A stretch of 64,000 nucleotides of DNA from an uncultured Faecalibacterium sp. (GTDB taxonomy: Bacteria; Bacillota; Clostridia; Oscillospirales; Ruminococcaceae), in the NCBI GenBank assembly GCA_937993755.1, contig CALKMA010000006.1, positions 14,130 through 78,129 on the forward strand. The letters are read 5' to 3'. The position numbers and the translations under genes were made by a program. Shown here piece after piece: positions 29,748-39,143 of this stretch. A model generated the notes under the pieces. It was not told the DNA's origin, ran no database searches, and saw only the letters and a list, made by a program, of their open reading frames with translations. Within the stretch, counting starts at the first letter, position 1; each line of letters starts with the position of its first letter.

Positions 29748-30458
29748 GCGGAATATATCGGAAAGGGATTTCACCGACCCTGCGTGTGGGGAGTTGTCTG
29801 CTTGCAAGCTGCCGTTCGCCCCGTTTTCTGCGGTTCATCAGCCGGTTATGCGCTGGTGTGTCGGTGGAATCCGAAATTTTCAAACTGACGCAGCATACGA
29901 TGCAGCGTTTTTGCCTTTCTGACGGCAGAAATATATTTGGTGGCTTTGGCGTGGCCAGGTTCGTTGCGTATGTCTGGCTGGCGCCGCCCGACAAGCTCAT
30001 ACATAATAAAATCCAAGACTCAGTGCTATGGCACCGGGTCTTGGATTATTTCATTCCACATGGGTCGAGGCTGTTATTTACGCCGGACCGATTTCCGATC
30101 TATCCGAGTTTGTTCCTTGAATTCCACCAGTTGTTTCGCACAACGTTCTGGCAGATGTCGGCGATGAGGTAGCTCATCGCGGTAGGATGTTCGCCGACCG
30201 GCTCATAAGGACATTAAGCTGACCGCACAGCTCGGCCGGCGCCGCATTTCTCCGCGCATCTCATCGGGGCTTGCCCGCGGGCCACGGCTTGCGTCATGCG
30301 CCTGCTCATGAGGGGCACAGGGGCATGGTTCGCTTCCAAGCCGGTGTGCGGCAGCCCGGTGCTGACACATGAGGGCATATTCCCCGTTCTTTTTTGTTCA
30401 AGTGTCCGGGATATGCTTCATTTTTACATCAGCTGTTTATTTATATGTAGATACAGCA

Positions 30459-30487
30459 TTGATTTTACGCGGATAAAAACGTATAAT
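30459..30487 (+). promoter_or_regulatory. candidate sigma70 promoter for tdh-kbl
   Basis: TTGATT-17 nt-TATAAT ~70 nt upstream of tdh. Confidence 0.4.
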
Positions 30488-30556
30488 GAATATGTCGGTA
30501 CAGCATAGACGGCACGGCAACGGCTCTGCGAAATAATTTATGGCGAGGTTTATGGT

Positions 30557-31597
30557 ATGCAGAAAATGATGGATGCGCTTGTCAAACCGGAGCGAGCGAA
30601 AGGTCTTATTCTTACTCAGGTGCCCGTCCCCGAACCGGGGATAGGCGAGGTTCTTATCAAGATCCACAAAACAGCCATATGCGGCACGGATGTGCATATT
30701 TACAACTGGGATGCGTGGAGCCAGCAGCATATCAAGCCGCCTATGGTCATAGGCCACGAATACGTTGGCGAAATTGCCGCGCTCGGCCTGGGCGTGACCA
30801 GATACAAGGTCGGCGATCTGGTGTCGGGCGAAGGGCATATCGTATGCGGCCATTGCCGCAACTGCCGCGCGGGCAACGGCCAATGGTGCAGGGAAACCAA
30901 GGGCGTTGGTGTGGACAGGCAGGGCGCGTTTGCCGAATATATCTGCATCCCTGAGACCAACGTTATACTGATGCAGGGCGATATCCCGGAAGACATCATC
31001 TCCTTCTTTGACGCATACGGCAATGCCACCCACACGGCCACCATGTTCGACGTAGTAGGCGAGGATGTGCTTATCACCGGCGCCGGCCCCATAGGGATGA
31101 TGGCCGCGGGCATCTGCCGCCAAAACGGTGCGCGCAACATAATCGTTACCGATATGAACGATTACAGGCTTGATATTGCAAAGAGGATGGGCGCGACCGC
31201 CACCGTAAATCTGACCCGCGAAAGGCTTGAGGACATAATGGCCGCGCACGGGATGGTGGAGGGCTTTGACGTGGGCCTTGAGATGAGCGGCAGCGGCAGG
31301 GCGCTCAATCAGCTGCTCAAAGCCATGCGCAACGGCGGCAAGGTGGCGCTGCTCGGCATTGCCGGCCCCGGAACGGTCATAGACTGGAACGATGTTATAT
31401 TCAAGGGGCTGAACATACAGGGCATTTACGGCAGAAAAATGTTCGAGACCTGGTACAAGATGACAGCCATGATACAGGCCGGTCTTGACTTGACCCCGAT
31501 CATCACGCACAGTTATCATTATACGGACTTTGAAAAGGGTTTTGAAGCAATGAACAGCGGTCTTTCCGGAAAGGTTATCCTTTCCTGGGAAAAATAA
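30557..31597 (+). CDS. tdh: L-threonine 3-dehydrogenase
   Basis: 346 aa, collinear with E. coli Tdh (…[17 protein letters not shown]…GHEYVGE…[16 protein letters not shown]…VILSWEK). Confidence 0.9.
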   Translation: MQKMMDALVKPERAKGLILTQVPVPEPGIGEVLIKIHKTAICGTDVHIYNWDAWSQQHIKPPMVIGHEYVGEIAALGLGVTRYKVGDLVSGEGHIVCGHCRNCRAGNGQWCRETKGVGVDRQGAFAEYICIPETNVILMQGDIPEDIISFFDAYGNATHTATMFDVVGEDVLITGAGPIGMMAAGICRQNGARNIIVTDMNDYRLDIAKRMGATATVNLTRERLEDIMAAHGMVEGFDVGLEMSGSGRALNQLLKAMRNGGKVALLGIAGPGTVIDWNDVIFKGLNIQGIYGRKMFETWYKMTAMIQAGLDLTPIITHSYHYTDFEKGFEAMNSGLSGKVILSWEK

Positions 31598-31615
31598 CAG
31601 GAGGAGCAGCGCAGC

Positions 31616-32797
31616 ATGAAGAACGCATACGAGATCTACACAAGGGAGCTTGCCGGCATCCGCGAGGCGGGAACGTACAAGGACGAGCGCATCATAACCA
31701 CCGAGCAGCGCGCCCGTATAGACACCACCACCGCGCGCGGCGTGCTGAACATGTGCGCCAACAACTACCTTGGCCTTTCCAATAATAAGGAGATCATTGA
31801 AGCGGCCAAGGAAAGCTATGACAGATGGGGCTTCGGCCTGTCCAGCGTCCGCTTCATATGCGGCACGCAGGATATACACAAGCAGCTTGAAAAGAAGCTG
31901 GCTGAATTCGTGGGCACCGAGGACTGCATCCTTTATTCCTCCTGCTTTGACGCAAACGGCGGCCTGTTTGAAACGCTGCTCGGCGCGGAGGACGCCATAC
32001 TGTCAGACGAGCTGAACCACGCCAGCATAATAGACGGCGTCCGCCTTTGCAAGGCCAGGCGCTTCCGCTATAAGAACAACGACATGGCGGATCTCAAGGC
32101 GCAGCTTGAGGCTGCCGGGGATTGCCGTATAAAGCTTATAGCTACCGACGGCGTATTCAGCATGGACGGCTATATCGCCAACCTTCCCGCCATCTGTGAT
32201 CTGGCCGATGAATACGGCGCGCTTGTAATGGTGGACGATTCCCACGCCGTGGGCTTTATGGGCGAGCACGGCTATGGAACGGCGGAAGCGTGCGGCGTTA
32301 TGGGCCGCGTGGACATCGTTACCGGCACACTCGGCAAGGCTCTTGGCGGAGCAAGCGGCGGCTATACCTGCGCCAAGAAGGAAATAATCGATCTTCTCAG
32401 GCAGCGCAGCAGGCCGTACCTTTTCAGCAACGCGCTTGCTCCGGCGATCTGCGCCGCGAGTCTGAAGGTGCTGGAAATGCTGACCGCGTCCACCGCGCTG
32501 CGCGACAAGGTACACGAAAATACCGCCTTCTTCCGCAGCGAGCTTGGAAAGCTGGGCTTCGATGTGCTGCCCGGCACACACCCGATCGTGCCCGTTATGC
32601 TTTACGATGCCCGCACCGCGCAGGAATTCGCCGAGCGTATGCTTGAAAAGGGCGTATACGTCATAGGCTTCAGCTACCCCGTTGTGCCCATGGGCAAGGC
32701 GCGCATCCGCACGCAGGTTTCCGCCGGGCACACAAAGGAGGATCTCGAATTCGCGGTCAGGTGCTTCAAGGAAGTCAAAGAGGAAATGGGGCTTTGA
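31616..32797 (+). CDS. kbl: glycine C-acetyltransferase (2-amino-3-ketobutyrate CoA ligase)
   Basis: 393-aa alpha-oxoamine synthase with PLP-Lys context GTLGKALGG; directly downstream of tdh. Confidence 0.9.
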   Translation: MKNAYEIYTRELAGIREAGTYKDERIITTEQRARIDTTTARGVLNMCANNYLGLSNNKEIIEAAKESYDRWGFGLSSVRFICGTQDIHKQLEKKLAEFVGTEDCILYSSCFDANGGLFETLLGAEDAILSDELNHASIIDGVRLCKARRFRYKNNDMADLKAQLEAAGDCRIKLIATDGVFSMDGYIANLPAICDLADEYGALVMVDDSHAVGFMGEHGYGTAEACGVMGRVDIVTGTLGKALGGASGGYTCAKKEIIDLLRQRSRPYLFSNALAPAICAASLKVLEMLTASTALRDKVHENTAFFRSELGKLGFDVLPGTHPIVPVMLYDARTAQEFAERMLEKGVYVIGFSYPVVPMGKARIRTQVSAGHTKEDLEFAVRCFKEVKEEMGL

Positions 32798-32821
32798 TTT
32801 AATAAAAGAGCGGCATTTTGA

Positions 32822-32880
32822 ACGGCGCCCCGCCTGCCAGACTGTTATCACGCGGTCTGGCGGGCGGGGCGCGTTTTATT
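32822..32880 (+). terminator. rho-independent terminator after kbl
   Basis: 17-bp inverted repeat cgccccgcctgccagac/gtctggcgggcggggcg followed by TTTTATT. Confidence 0.6.
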
Positions 32881-32930
32881 CGGGCGCTTGTTGGCTCCTG
32901 CTTCTGTATGAGCGCTTCTGCCGCGCGTTC

Positions 32931-33025
32931 CGGCTTCACGGGGGGAGAGGCGCTTGGCCGAGCCGGCTTCGCGGGGAGAGGTGCTTGATCGAACCGGCTT
33001 CGCGGGGGGAGGTGCTTGGCCGAAT
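32931..33025. repeat. short tandem repeat, ~32-bp unit x3
   Basis: cggcttc(a/g)cgggg(gg)agaggcgcttggccgagc units in the kbl/TetR intergenic region. Confidence 0.6.
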
Positions 33026-33095
33026 TCTTTGGAAATAAACATTTGAAATGCCAAAAGAGGGTGTTCTGTTTTTTCGGAAATTTCCCCAAAAGGTC

Positions 33096-33145
33096 TTGAC
33101 AAGTAACCTATCGGTAACTATAATGATGGTTACCGATAGGTTACT
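33096..33145 (+). promoter_or_regulatory. sigma70 promoter with embedded 17-bp perfect palindromic operator (TetR autoregulatory site)
   Basis: TTGACA (33096-33101), 17-nt spacer, TATAAT (33119-33124); inverted repeat agtaacctatcggtaac (33102-33118) / gttaccgataggttact (33129-33145) flanks the -10 box. Confidence 0.6.
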
Positions 33146-33167
33146 AATGCTGAAAGGGGGAAAAAGC

Positions 33168-33791
33168 ATGACCGGAGATACAAAAGAACGCATTCGGGAA
33201 ACGGCGCTGGAGCTGTTTTCAGAGAAGGGCTATCCGGGAACGTCGATGAGTGACATTGCCGGGCGGATGGGTCTTACCAAGGCCGCTCTGTATAAGCATT
33301 ACGCCGGCAAGCAGGAAATTTTTGACGCCATCGTGGAAGCCACAGCTGCCCGATATCAGCGGTACACGGATCAGATTGACATCCATGTGCAGGATGCCGG
33401 GCAGGATTTTCCGGTATTTACGGAAATATCGGCAGACGCGTTGGCGGAAAAGGTGCGCCAGATTTTCCTGTATTCTCTCCACGACGAAGCCATCAGCCGC
33501 TTCCGGCGCATGATGACCATCGAGCAGTTCCGTTCTCAGGAGCTGTCAGGGCTGTACACCCGGCGCTATGTGGAACGCATGGTGGACTATCACGCGGCGA
33601 TTTTCCGAAGCCTGATCTCTGCCGGCGAGCTTCGGGAGGAGGACCCGGAAACGCTGGCCATGATGTATGTGGCGCCGGTGATCACGCTGCTGGGCGTTTG
33701 CGACCGGGAGCCGGAAAAGGAAGCGGAATGCCTTGTAAAGCTGGACGCCCATGTCCGGCTGTTTTATCGGACATTTCACACGGCGCCCTGA
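33168..33791 (+). CDS. TetR/AcrR family transcriptional regulator
   Basis: 207 aa; N-terminal HTH RIRETALELFSEKGYPGTSMSDIAGRMGLTKAALYKHY. Confidence 0.8.
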   Translation: MTGDTKERIRETALELFSEKGYPGTSMSDIAGRMGLTKAALYKHYAGKQEIFDAIVEATAARYQRYTDQIDIHVQDAGQDFPVFTEISADALAEKVRQIFLYSLHDEAISRFRRMMTIEQFRSQELSGLYTRRYVERMVDYHAAIFRSLISAGELREEDPETLAMMYVAPVITLLGVCDREPEKEAECLVKLDAHVRLFYRTFHTAP

Positions 33792-33799
33792 AAAAGGGG

Positions 33800-33827
33800 T
33801 TGACAGCTTTCCCAAAAGCGTTATAAT
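33800..33827 (+). promoter_or_regulatory. candidate sigma70 promoter of second TetR gene
   Basis: TTGACA-16 nt-TATAAT ~50 nt upstream of 33876. Confidence 0.4.
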
Positions 33828-33875
33828 ATAAACGCATTTACAATAAATCTGTTTTTAGTGTAAGGGGTGTCTTTT

Positions 33876-34490
33876 ATGCCAAGCAGTCCCAAAATCAGGA
33901 AAGCGGCTATGCTGCAAGCCGCCTTGGAGATCGTCATAGAGCGGGGATATCCCGCGCTGAATATCAAGGCCGTTGCGGCAAAACTGGGCTGCTCTACCGC
34001 GCCGATCTCATGGCAGTTCAAGGGGATGGAGGGCCTCCGGGCGGAGCTGCTCCGGTACGCCGAGCAGTACGCGCAGGAGAAATATCCCGTTGCCGACGAA
34101 AACGAAGCGCTGATATTTGAAAAGCACGGAAGACGGGTCGTTGATATGGCCTTTGATGAGCCGAATCTGTTTCGCTTTTTATATGCGGGGGAGAGCGGGC
34201 GGCCCCTGAGCATGGGCTTCCAATACATCCCGTCAAACAACGAAAGCGGAGGTCACTGCCGGGGGCTTGCGGAGCTGCTGAAAATCACGGAGGCGCAGGC
34301 CGCGGATTTTGTTTCCGCCATGGTGCTGTATACGCAGGGGGTCGGAACGGCGATCGTATTTGGGATCGTTAAGGACACAAAGGAAAACGCGTACCGGCTG
34401 CTTCGCCGCACCGGGATTACCTATCTGCGGGGGCTGGGCGCCGATGAAGAGAGCATCCGCCGTGTCTGGAAAACGGCGACTGACACCTGA
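33876..34490 (+). CDS. TetR/AcrR family transcriptional regulator (second)
   Basis: ATG 8 nt after an AAGGGG RBS; HTH RKAAMLQAALEIVIERGYPALNIKAVAAKLGCSTAPISWQF. Confidence 0.7.
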   Translation: MPSSPKIRKAAMLQAALEIVIERGYPALNIKAVAAKLGCSTAPISWQFKGMEGLRAELLRYAEQYAQEKYPVADENEALIFEKHGRRVVDMAFDEPNLFRFLYAGESGRPLSMGFQYIPSNNESGGHCRGLAELLKITEAQAADFVSAMVLYTQGVGTAIVFGIVKDTKENAYRLLRRTGITYLRGLGADEESIRRVWKTATDT

Positions 34491-34560
34491 AAAGCGCCGG
34501 GACGCGGGGCCGGCCGTAGCGCGGTCAAATCCTGCGTCTTATTTTTGAAAAGAGTATACT

Positions 34561-35067
34561 ATGAACGCAATCATTTATACCACCAATACCGGCAGCACAG
34601 AGCGCTATGCCGGGCTGTTGGCGCACGAGACAGGGCTGCCCGTCTGCTCCCTCGCTGAGGCCGGACGGAAGGTTTCCCCCGGCGCGGAGGTCATCTATTT
34701 CGGCTGGATCATGGCGGGCACCGTCAAGGGCTATGCCGAGGCGGCCAGGCGCTTCAGGGTGTGCGCCGTCTGCGCCGTCGGCATGGGGCAGAGCGGGACG
34801 CAGACAGAGGAGGTGCGGAAAAAGAACAGGCTCCCCGCGGATATTCCGCTGTTCACGCTTCAGGGCGGCTTTGATGTGAAAAAGCTCACCGGCCTTTACC
34901 GCATGATGATGGAGGTCATGATCAGAACGGCGGGCAAGGGCCTTGCGGCCAAGCAGGACCGCACGCCGGAGGAGGACGATATGCTGGACATGATGCTCCA
35001 CGGCGGCGAACGGGTGCGCATGGAGAATTTGCGTTCTGTGCTGGATTGGTACAGAACACGGAAATAA
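34561..35067 (+). CDS. flavodoxin-like domain protein
   Basis: 168 aa beginning MNAIIYTTNTGSTERYAGLLA…, a flavodoxin fold signature (T/SxTGxT). Confidence 0.55.
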   Translation: MNAIIYTTNTGSTERYAGLLAHETGLPVCSLAEAGRKVSPGAEVIYFGWIMAGTVKGYAEAARRFRVCAVCAVGMGQSGTQTEEVRKKNRLPADIPLFTLQGGFDVKKLTGLYRMMMEVMIRTAGKGLAAKQDRTPEEDDMLDMMLHGGERVRMENLRSVLDWYRTRK

Positions 35068-35077
35068 CATCAAGGGA

Positions 35078-35497
35078 GTGGTCATTATGAAACTTTACTT
35101 TGGAAACACGACTACAACCGTCACGACGGTAATGATTCTTGCGCTGCTTAGCTATATTGGCTATTCGTTCTTTAACCGCACCAACATTCAGTATTGGGGG
35201 CGCAGAAGCCTTGTCCTACTGGTGTTCGGTCTTGTGGTCTGCTGCTTTGCGGCGGCGCGGGACGGACTGGATAAAACCATTCAGTGCGCCATTGACGGAA
35301 GCTGTGCGCCGGGGATTTTTCCGCTTGTCAGCGTACCTGCCATCATCGGCTGCATCGGTGCGCTGATTATTATCGTTGCCGCCATTGCCACGCCCATCAC
35401 CAAAACGCAGCGGGCACGGGAGATATGGTTCTTTCTGATGTCCGGCGGCGCTGTGCTGAAAATCGTGACGATGGAGATCGCACGAATCATTCTCTAA
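35078..35497 (+). CDS. hypothetical integral membrane protein
   Basis: 139 aa with three or four predicted TM helices. Confidence 0.4.
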   Translation: MVIMKLYFGNTTTTVTTVMILALLSYIGYSFFNRTNIQYWGRRSLVLLVFGLVVCCFAAARDGLDKTIQCAIDGSCAPGIFPLVSVPAIIGCIGALIIIVAAIATPITKTQRAREIWFFLMSGGAVLKIVTMEIARIIL

Positions 35498-35512
35498 AGG
35501 AGATGAAAATCT

Positions 35513-35980
35513 ATGCCGCAGATGAACAGGGGCGGAAAATTTATTTATGGAATCTCTGTTGTTCGCTCGGATGGAGGCGTGCAGTTCCCCACACAGGCCG
35601 TTCAGGAGTACCGAATTGCCGATGAAGGGAAAATATACCTGTTTACCGGGAGCAAGTCTACAGGCGGTTTCTGCGTGACAAGGCAGGGATTGCTGCTGTC
35701 CTCCAAGCTCGGCCACATTCTGACCGAAACTCCGGAACTTTTGCATTATGAAGCACCGATGGGGACATTTCTTCCTTATAAGGGGCGCTTCTACTGTTGG
35801 ACTGTAATTTCAGAATCTGGTGAAATCAGACTGACAGAGGAAATGATGAAATTTCTTCATCTGAAGCCGCAAATGCAGCTTCTCTCCATCCGCAGCAGCG
35901 ATATTGCCTTTACCATGGGCGCAAAAGGCCCGCTTTGGGAAAGGACAAAGCATTTTGATGGTGAGATTCCGTTGTTTTGA
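35513..35980 (+). CDS. hypothetical protein with two tandem SpoVT/AbrB- or MraZ-like half-domains
   Basis: 155 aa; segments GISVVRSDGGVQFPTQAVQEY and WTVISESGEIRLTEEMMKFL recall swapped-hairpin beta-barrel repeats. Confidence 0.3.
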   Translation: MPQMNRGGKFIYGISVVRSDGGVQFPTQAVQEYRIADEGKIYLFTGSKSTGGFCVTRQGLLLSSKLGHILTETPELLHYEAPMGTFLPYKGRFYCWTVISESGEIRLTEEMMKFLHLKPQMQLLSIRSSDIAFTMGAKGPLWERTKHFDGEIPLF

Positions 35981-35998
35981 GGAAAAGAAAATAAGAAT

Positions 35999-36456
35999 TA
36001 TGGGCGATCCGACAAAATTTCATTCCCTGTGGGAATACTATGCCTTTCATGTTGTCTTTGCCTGTCTGCTGCTTTCTGAGCTATTCATTTTCTTTTACAC
36101 AAGACAACGCGATGCGCCTGACGCTGACGTGATCGTGGCGTGGGCGGAGGATGAACTCTGCGGATTTGCCATCGTGCAGTATATCGACAGGCCGGAATCA
36201 GCCTATATGTGCGCAGCACTTTTGCCGCATCGAGGAGTTCGGAGTGGATGCGCGGTATCGCAGATGCGGGATCGGAACAGCGCTGCTTGCCCTCTGCAGG
36301 GTGGAAGCCAGCCGTCGCGGGTTTCACCGGTTGACACTGGATGTCTGGACATTCAACGAAACGGCGCAGGAGTTTTACGAAACAGCGGGTTTTCATCTCT
36401 ACCGGTGTCACTTGGAAAGTACCGTTTGTGCGACAGCGATGTGCGGCAATGCCTGA
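35999..36456 (+). pseudogene. GNAT family N-acetyltransferase interrupted by a frameshift
   Basis: The N-terminal part (MGDPTKF…AIVQYIDRPESAYMCAAL) lies in one frame; GNAT motif A and the C-terminus (…CRIEEFGVDARYRRCGIGTALL…) continue in another frame (ORF 36151-36456); the shift is near 36200-36230. Confidence 0.6.
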
Positions 36457-36567
36457 TTTCTTACAAAAATGTTAGTTTCCCGCTTAAAATGCAAGAAGAA
36501 GCGATGGCCCGAAACAGCGCGCAGCGGTATGATATTTCGGATTTCAGAAAACAAGGAAGCAACGGAA

Positions 36568-37200
36568 ATGAAAAAATCCTTAACACAAAGGCTGGGGCTG
36601 CTCGGCATTGTCAGCCTGCTTTCCTATACGGCGGCGGTCGTATTTTCTCCGCTTGCCTATCCGGGCTACGATTGGATGGCGCAGGCGGTCAGTGACCTGA
36701 GCGCGGCCAACGCCCCGTCTCTGGCGCTGTGGAATCAGCTCAGCGCGCTTTACAATGTCTGCGAGGTCGTCTGCGTGACGGCGGTCTGCGTTGGCCTGCA
36801 GGGGCAGAAAACAAAACTGCTGCGCACGGGTGTTTATCTGTTTGCCGTCATGGAGTGGAGCTCGGCGGTCGGGTATCGGATGTTCCCGCTCGGCGACAGC
36901 GGTTACGCCGGCGCCTTTCAGGACGTGATGCATATGGTGATCACCGCTCTGGTGGTGCTCCTTTCCATCGCTTCACTCATGCTCATCATTATCGCCGGCG
37001 CGCGGGATAAAGGCTGCCGCTCCTATGGCGTCTGCGCGGCTACGGCGCTCGGCATGATGCTCATCGGCGCGGTGGGCATGAAGCTCGTGCCCGCCGGTTA
37101 TTTCGGGGTCGTCGAGCGGTTCAGCGTGTTTGCGGCGACCGGCTTCAACGCGGCGCTCGGCATCCACCTGTTTTGCATGGGCGCAAAAGAGAAAAACTGA
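36568..37200 (+). CDS. DUF998 family membrane protein
   Basis: 210-aa polytopic membrane protein beginning MKKSLTQRLGLLGIVSLLSYTAAVVFSPLAYPGYDW…. Confidence 0.55.
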   Translation: MKKSLTQRLGLLGIVSLLSYTAAVVFSPLAYPGYDWMAQAVSDLSAANAPSLALWNQLSALYNVCEVVCVTAVCVGLQGQKTKLLRTGVYLFAVMEWSSAVGYRMFPLGDSGYAGAFQDVMHMVITALVVLLSIASLMLIIIAGARDKGCRSYGVCAATALGMMLIGAVGMKLVPAGYFGVVERFSVFAATGFNAALGIHLFCMGAKEKN

Positions 37201-37221
37201 TCTTTGATAAGGAGTAAGAGT

Positions 37222-37812
37222 ATGGGCACGATCCCTTATGTTGTTGAACAGACAGGCCGCGGTGAGAGAAGCTATGACATTTTTTCGCGGCTTTTATCAG
37301 ACCGGATCATTTTTCTCGGCGAGGAGGTGACCGACGCCTCTGCAAGCTCTGTTATCGCGCAGCTGCTGTTTCTGGAGGCGCAGGATCCGGGCAGGGACAT
37401 TCAGCTTTACATCAACAGTCCGGGCGGCTCGGTCACGGCGGGCTTCGCGGTTTACGATACCATGCAGTATATCAGGTGTGATGTGTCCACCATCTGTATC
37501 GGGCTCGCGGCGAGCTTCGGCGCGTTTCTGCTGGCGGGCGGCGCAAAAGGCAAGCGGCTCGCGCTCCCCAACGCCGAGATTATGATCCATCAGCCGCTCA
37601 TCGGCGGAAAGGGCCTGAGCGGCCCCGCCGCGGATATTCAGATCGCGTCCGAGCAGATGCAGAAAACAAAGCAGCGGCTCACGCGGCTCCTTTCCGAAAA
37701 TACCGGCAGGACTGTGGATGAGGTCGCCGCCGCCACAGAGCGGGACAACTTCATGTCCGCAAGGGAAGCGCTGGCCTTCGGGCTGATCGACCGGATCATC
37801 GACAAGAGATAG
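37222..37812 (+). CDS. clpP: ATP-dependent Clp protease proteolytic subunit
   Basis: 196 aa with catalytic Ser (GLAASFGAF) and His (MIHQP); no adjacent clpX or tig. Confidence 0.9.
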   Translation: MGTIPYVVEQTGRGERSYDIFSRLLSDRIIFLGEEVTDASASSVIAQLLFLEAQDPGRDIQLYINSPGGSVTAGFAVYDTMQYIRCDVSTICIGLAASFGAFLLAGGAKGKRLALPNAEIMIHQPLIGGKGLSGPAADIQIASEQMQKTKQRLTRLLSENTGRTVDEVAAATERDNFMSAREALAFGLIDRIIDKR

Positions 37813-37840
37813 ATAAGAGACAGGAAGAGGAGGACCTTCC

Positions 37841-38467
37841 ATGCGGAAAAGCAACGTTATCATTCGCCCTGAGGCAGAGGCGGATTACCGAAAAACAGAA
37901 GCCCTTATCAGAGAGGCGTTCTGGAACGTATACGGCCCCGGCTGTAAGGAGCACTATGTGCTGCACTGCTGCCGGAAGGATCCCGCTTTTGTTCCGGAAT
38001 TGGATCTTGTCATGGAGCTGGACGGCGAGCTGATCGGACAGGTGATCTATGTGCGCTCGGAGATCCGGTGCGACGACGGACGAAAAATACCGATCATGAC
38101 CTTCGGACCGATCAGCATTGCGCCGGCGCTCCAGCGGAGGGGCTACGGAAAGCTGCTGCTTGATCATTCCATGGAAAAGGCTGAAAAAATGGGGGCCGGC
38201 GCGCTGGCCATCACCGGAAATATGGATTTTTACGGCTGCTCCGGCTTTGTGCCCGCCAGGACAAGGGGCATTCGCTATGCCGACGATCCGAACGCGGACT
38301 ATTTCCTCATCAGGGAGCTGACGCCCGGCTTTCTGGACGGCGTTTCCGGCACATATCATGACCCGGAAATATATTTCGTGTGCGAGCGCGATCCGCGGGG
38401 CTTTGAAGAATTTGAAGCAGCCTTTCCGCCGAAGACCAAACGGAAGCTGCCGGGGCAGCTGCTCTGA
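37841..38467 (+). CDS. GNAT family N-acetyltransferase
   Basis: 208 aa with the acetyl-CoA binding motif QRRGYGKLLLDHSMEKAEKMGA. Confidence 0.7.
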   Translation: MRKSNVIIRPEAEADYRKTEALIREAFWNVYGPGCKEHYVLHCCRKDPAFVPELDLVMELDGELIGQVIYVRSEIRCDDGRKIPIMTFGPISIAPALQRRGYGKLLLDHSMEKAEKMGAGALAITGNMDFYGCSGFVPARTRGIRYADDPNADYFLIRELTPGFLDGVSGTYHDPEIYFVCERDPRGFEEFEAAFPPKTKRKLPGQLL

Positions 38468-38494
38468 GCGGCAGCACGACAAAAGGAGAAAAGC

Positions 38495-39130
38495 ATGATC
38501 CCGAATTGGAAAATATATCCCCGCAGTCAGGGGCACAGTACGGTTTATTTGAAAAATGTCGTTACCGACCCCTTTATTGAGGTCGGAGAATATACGACCT
38601 ATGACGACTTTGTCCGCGATCCGCGCGATTTTCAGCGGAACAATGTGCTTTACCATTACCCGGAATGCAATCACGACAGGCTGAGGATCGGCCGCTTCTG
38701 CTCCATCGCCTGCGGTGCAAAATTTATCTTTAACGCCGCCAATCACGCGCTCGGAAGCCTGTCCACCTATCCGTTCCCCATTTTCTTTGAAGAATGGGGG
38801 CTGCCCACGGATACCGACTCGATCGCCGGCGCGTGGGATAACAAGGGCGATATCATCATCGGAAACGATGTCTGGATCGGCTATGAGGCGGTGATCCTCT
38901 CCGGCGTGACTGTCGGCGACGGCGCTGTTATCGGTACGCGGGCGGTGGTGACAAAGGATGTGCCGCCCTATACGATCGTCGGCGGCGTGCCGGCCAGACC
39001 CATCCGCAAACGGTTTGACGAGGCTGCGGCCGCCCGTCTGGAGCAGCTGCGCTGGTGGGACTGGGACGAGGAGCGTATCAGGCAGAATATGGCGGCGATA
39101 CAGTCAGGGAACCTTGACGCGCTGCGGTAA
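38495..39130 (+). CDS. Vat family streptogramin A O-acetyltransferase (hexapeptide-repeat xenobiotic acetyltransferase)
   Basis: 211 aa collinear with Vat(D)-type enzymes: VGEYTTYDD…[21 protein letters not shown]…GNDVWIG…WWDWDEERI. Confidence 0.75.
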   Translation: MIPNWKIYPRSQGHSTVYLKNVVTDPFIEVGEYTTYDDFVRDPRDFQRNNVLYHYPECNHDRLRIGRFCSIACGAKFIFNAANHALGSLSTYPFPIFFEEWGLPTDTDSIAGAWDNKGDIIIGNDVWIGYEAVILSGVTVGDGAVIGTRAVVTKDVPPYTIVGGVPARPIRKRFDEAAAARLEQLRWWDWDEERIRQNMAAIQSGNLDALR

Positions 39131-39143
39131 GAGGGAGAAGAGC

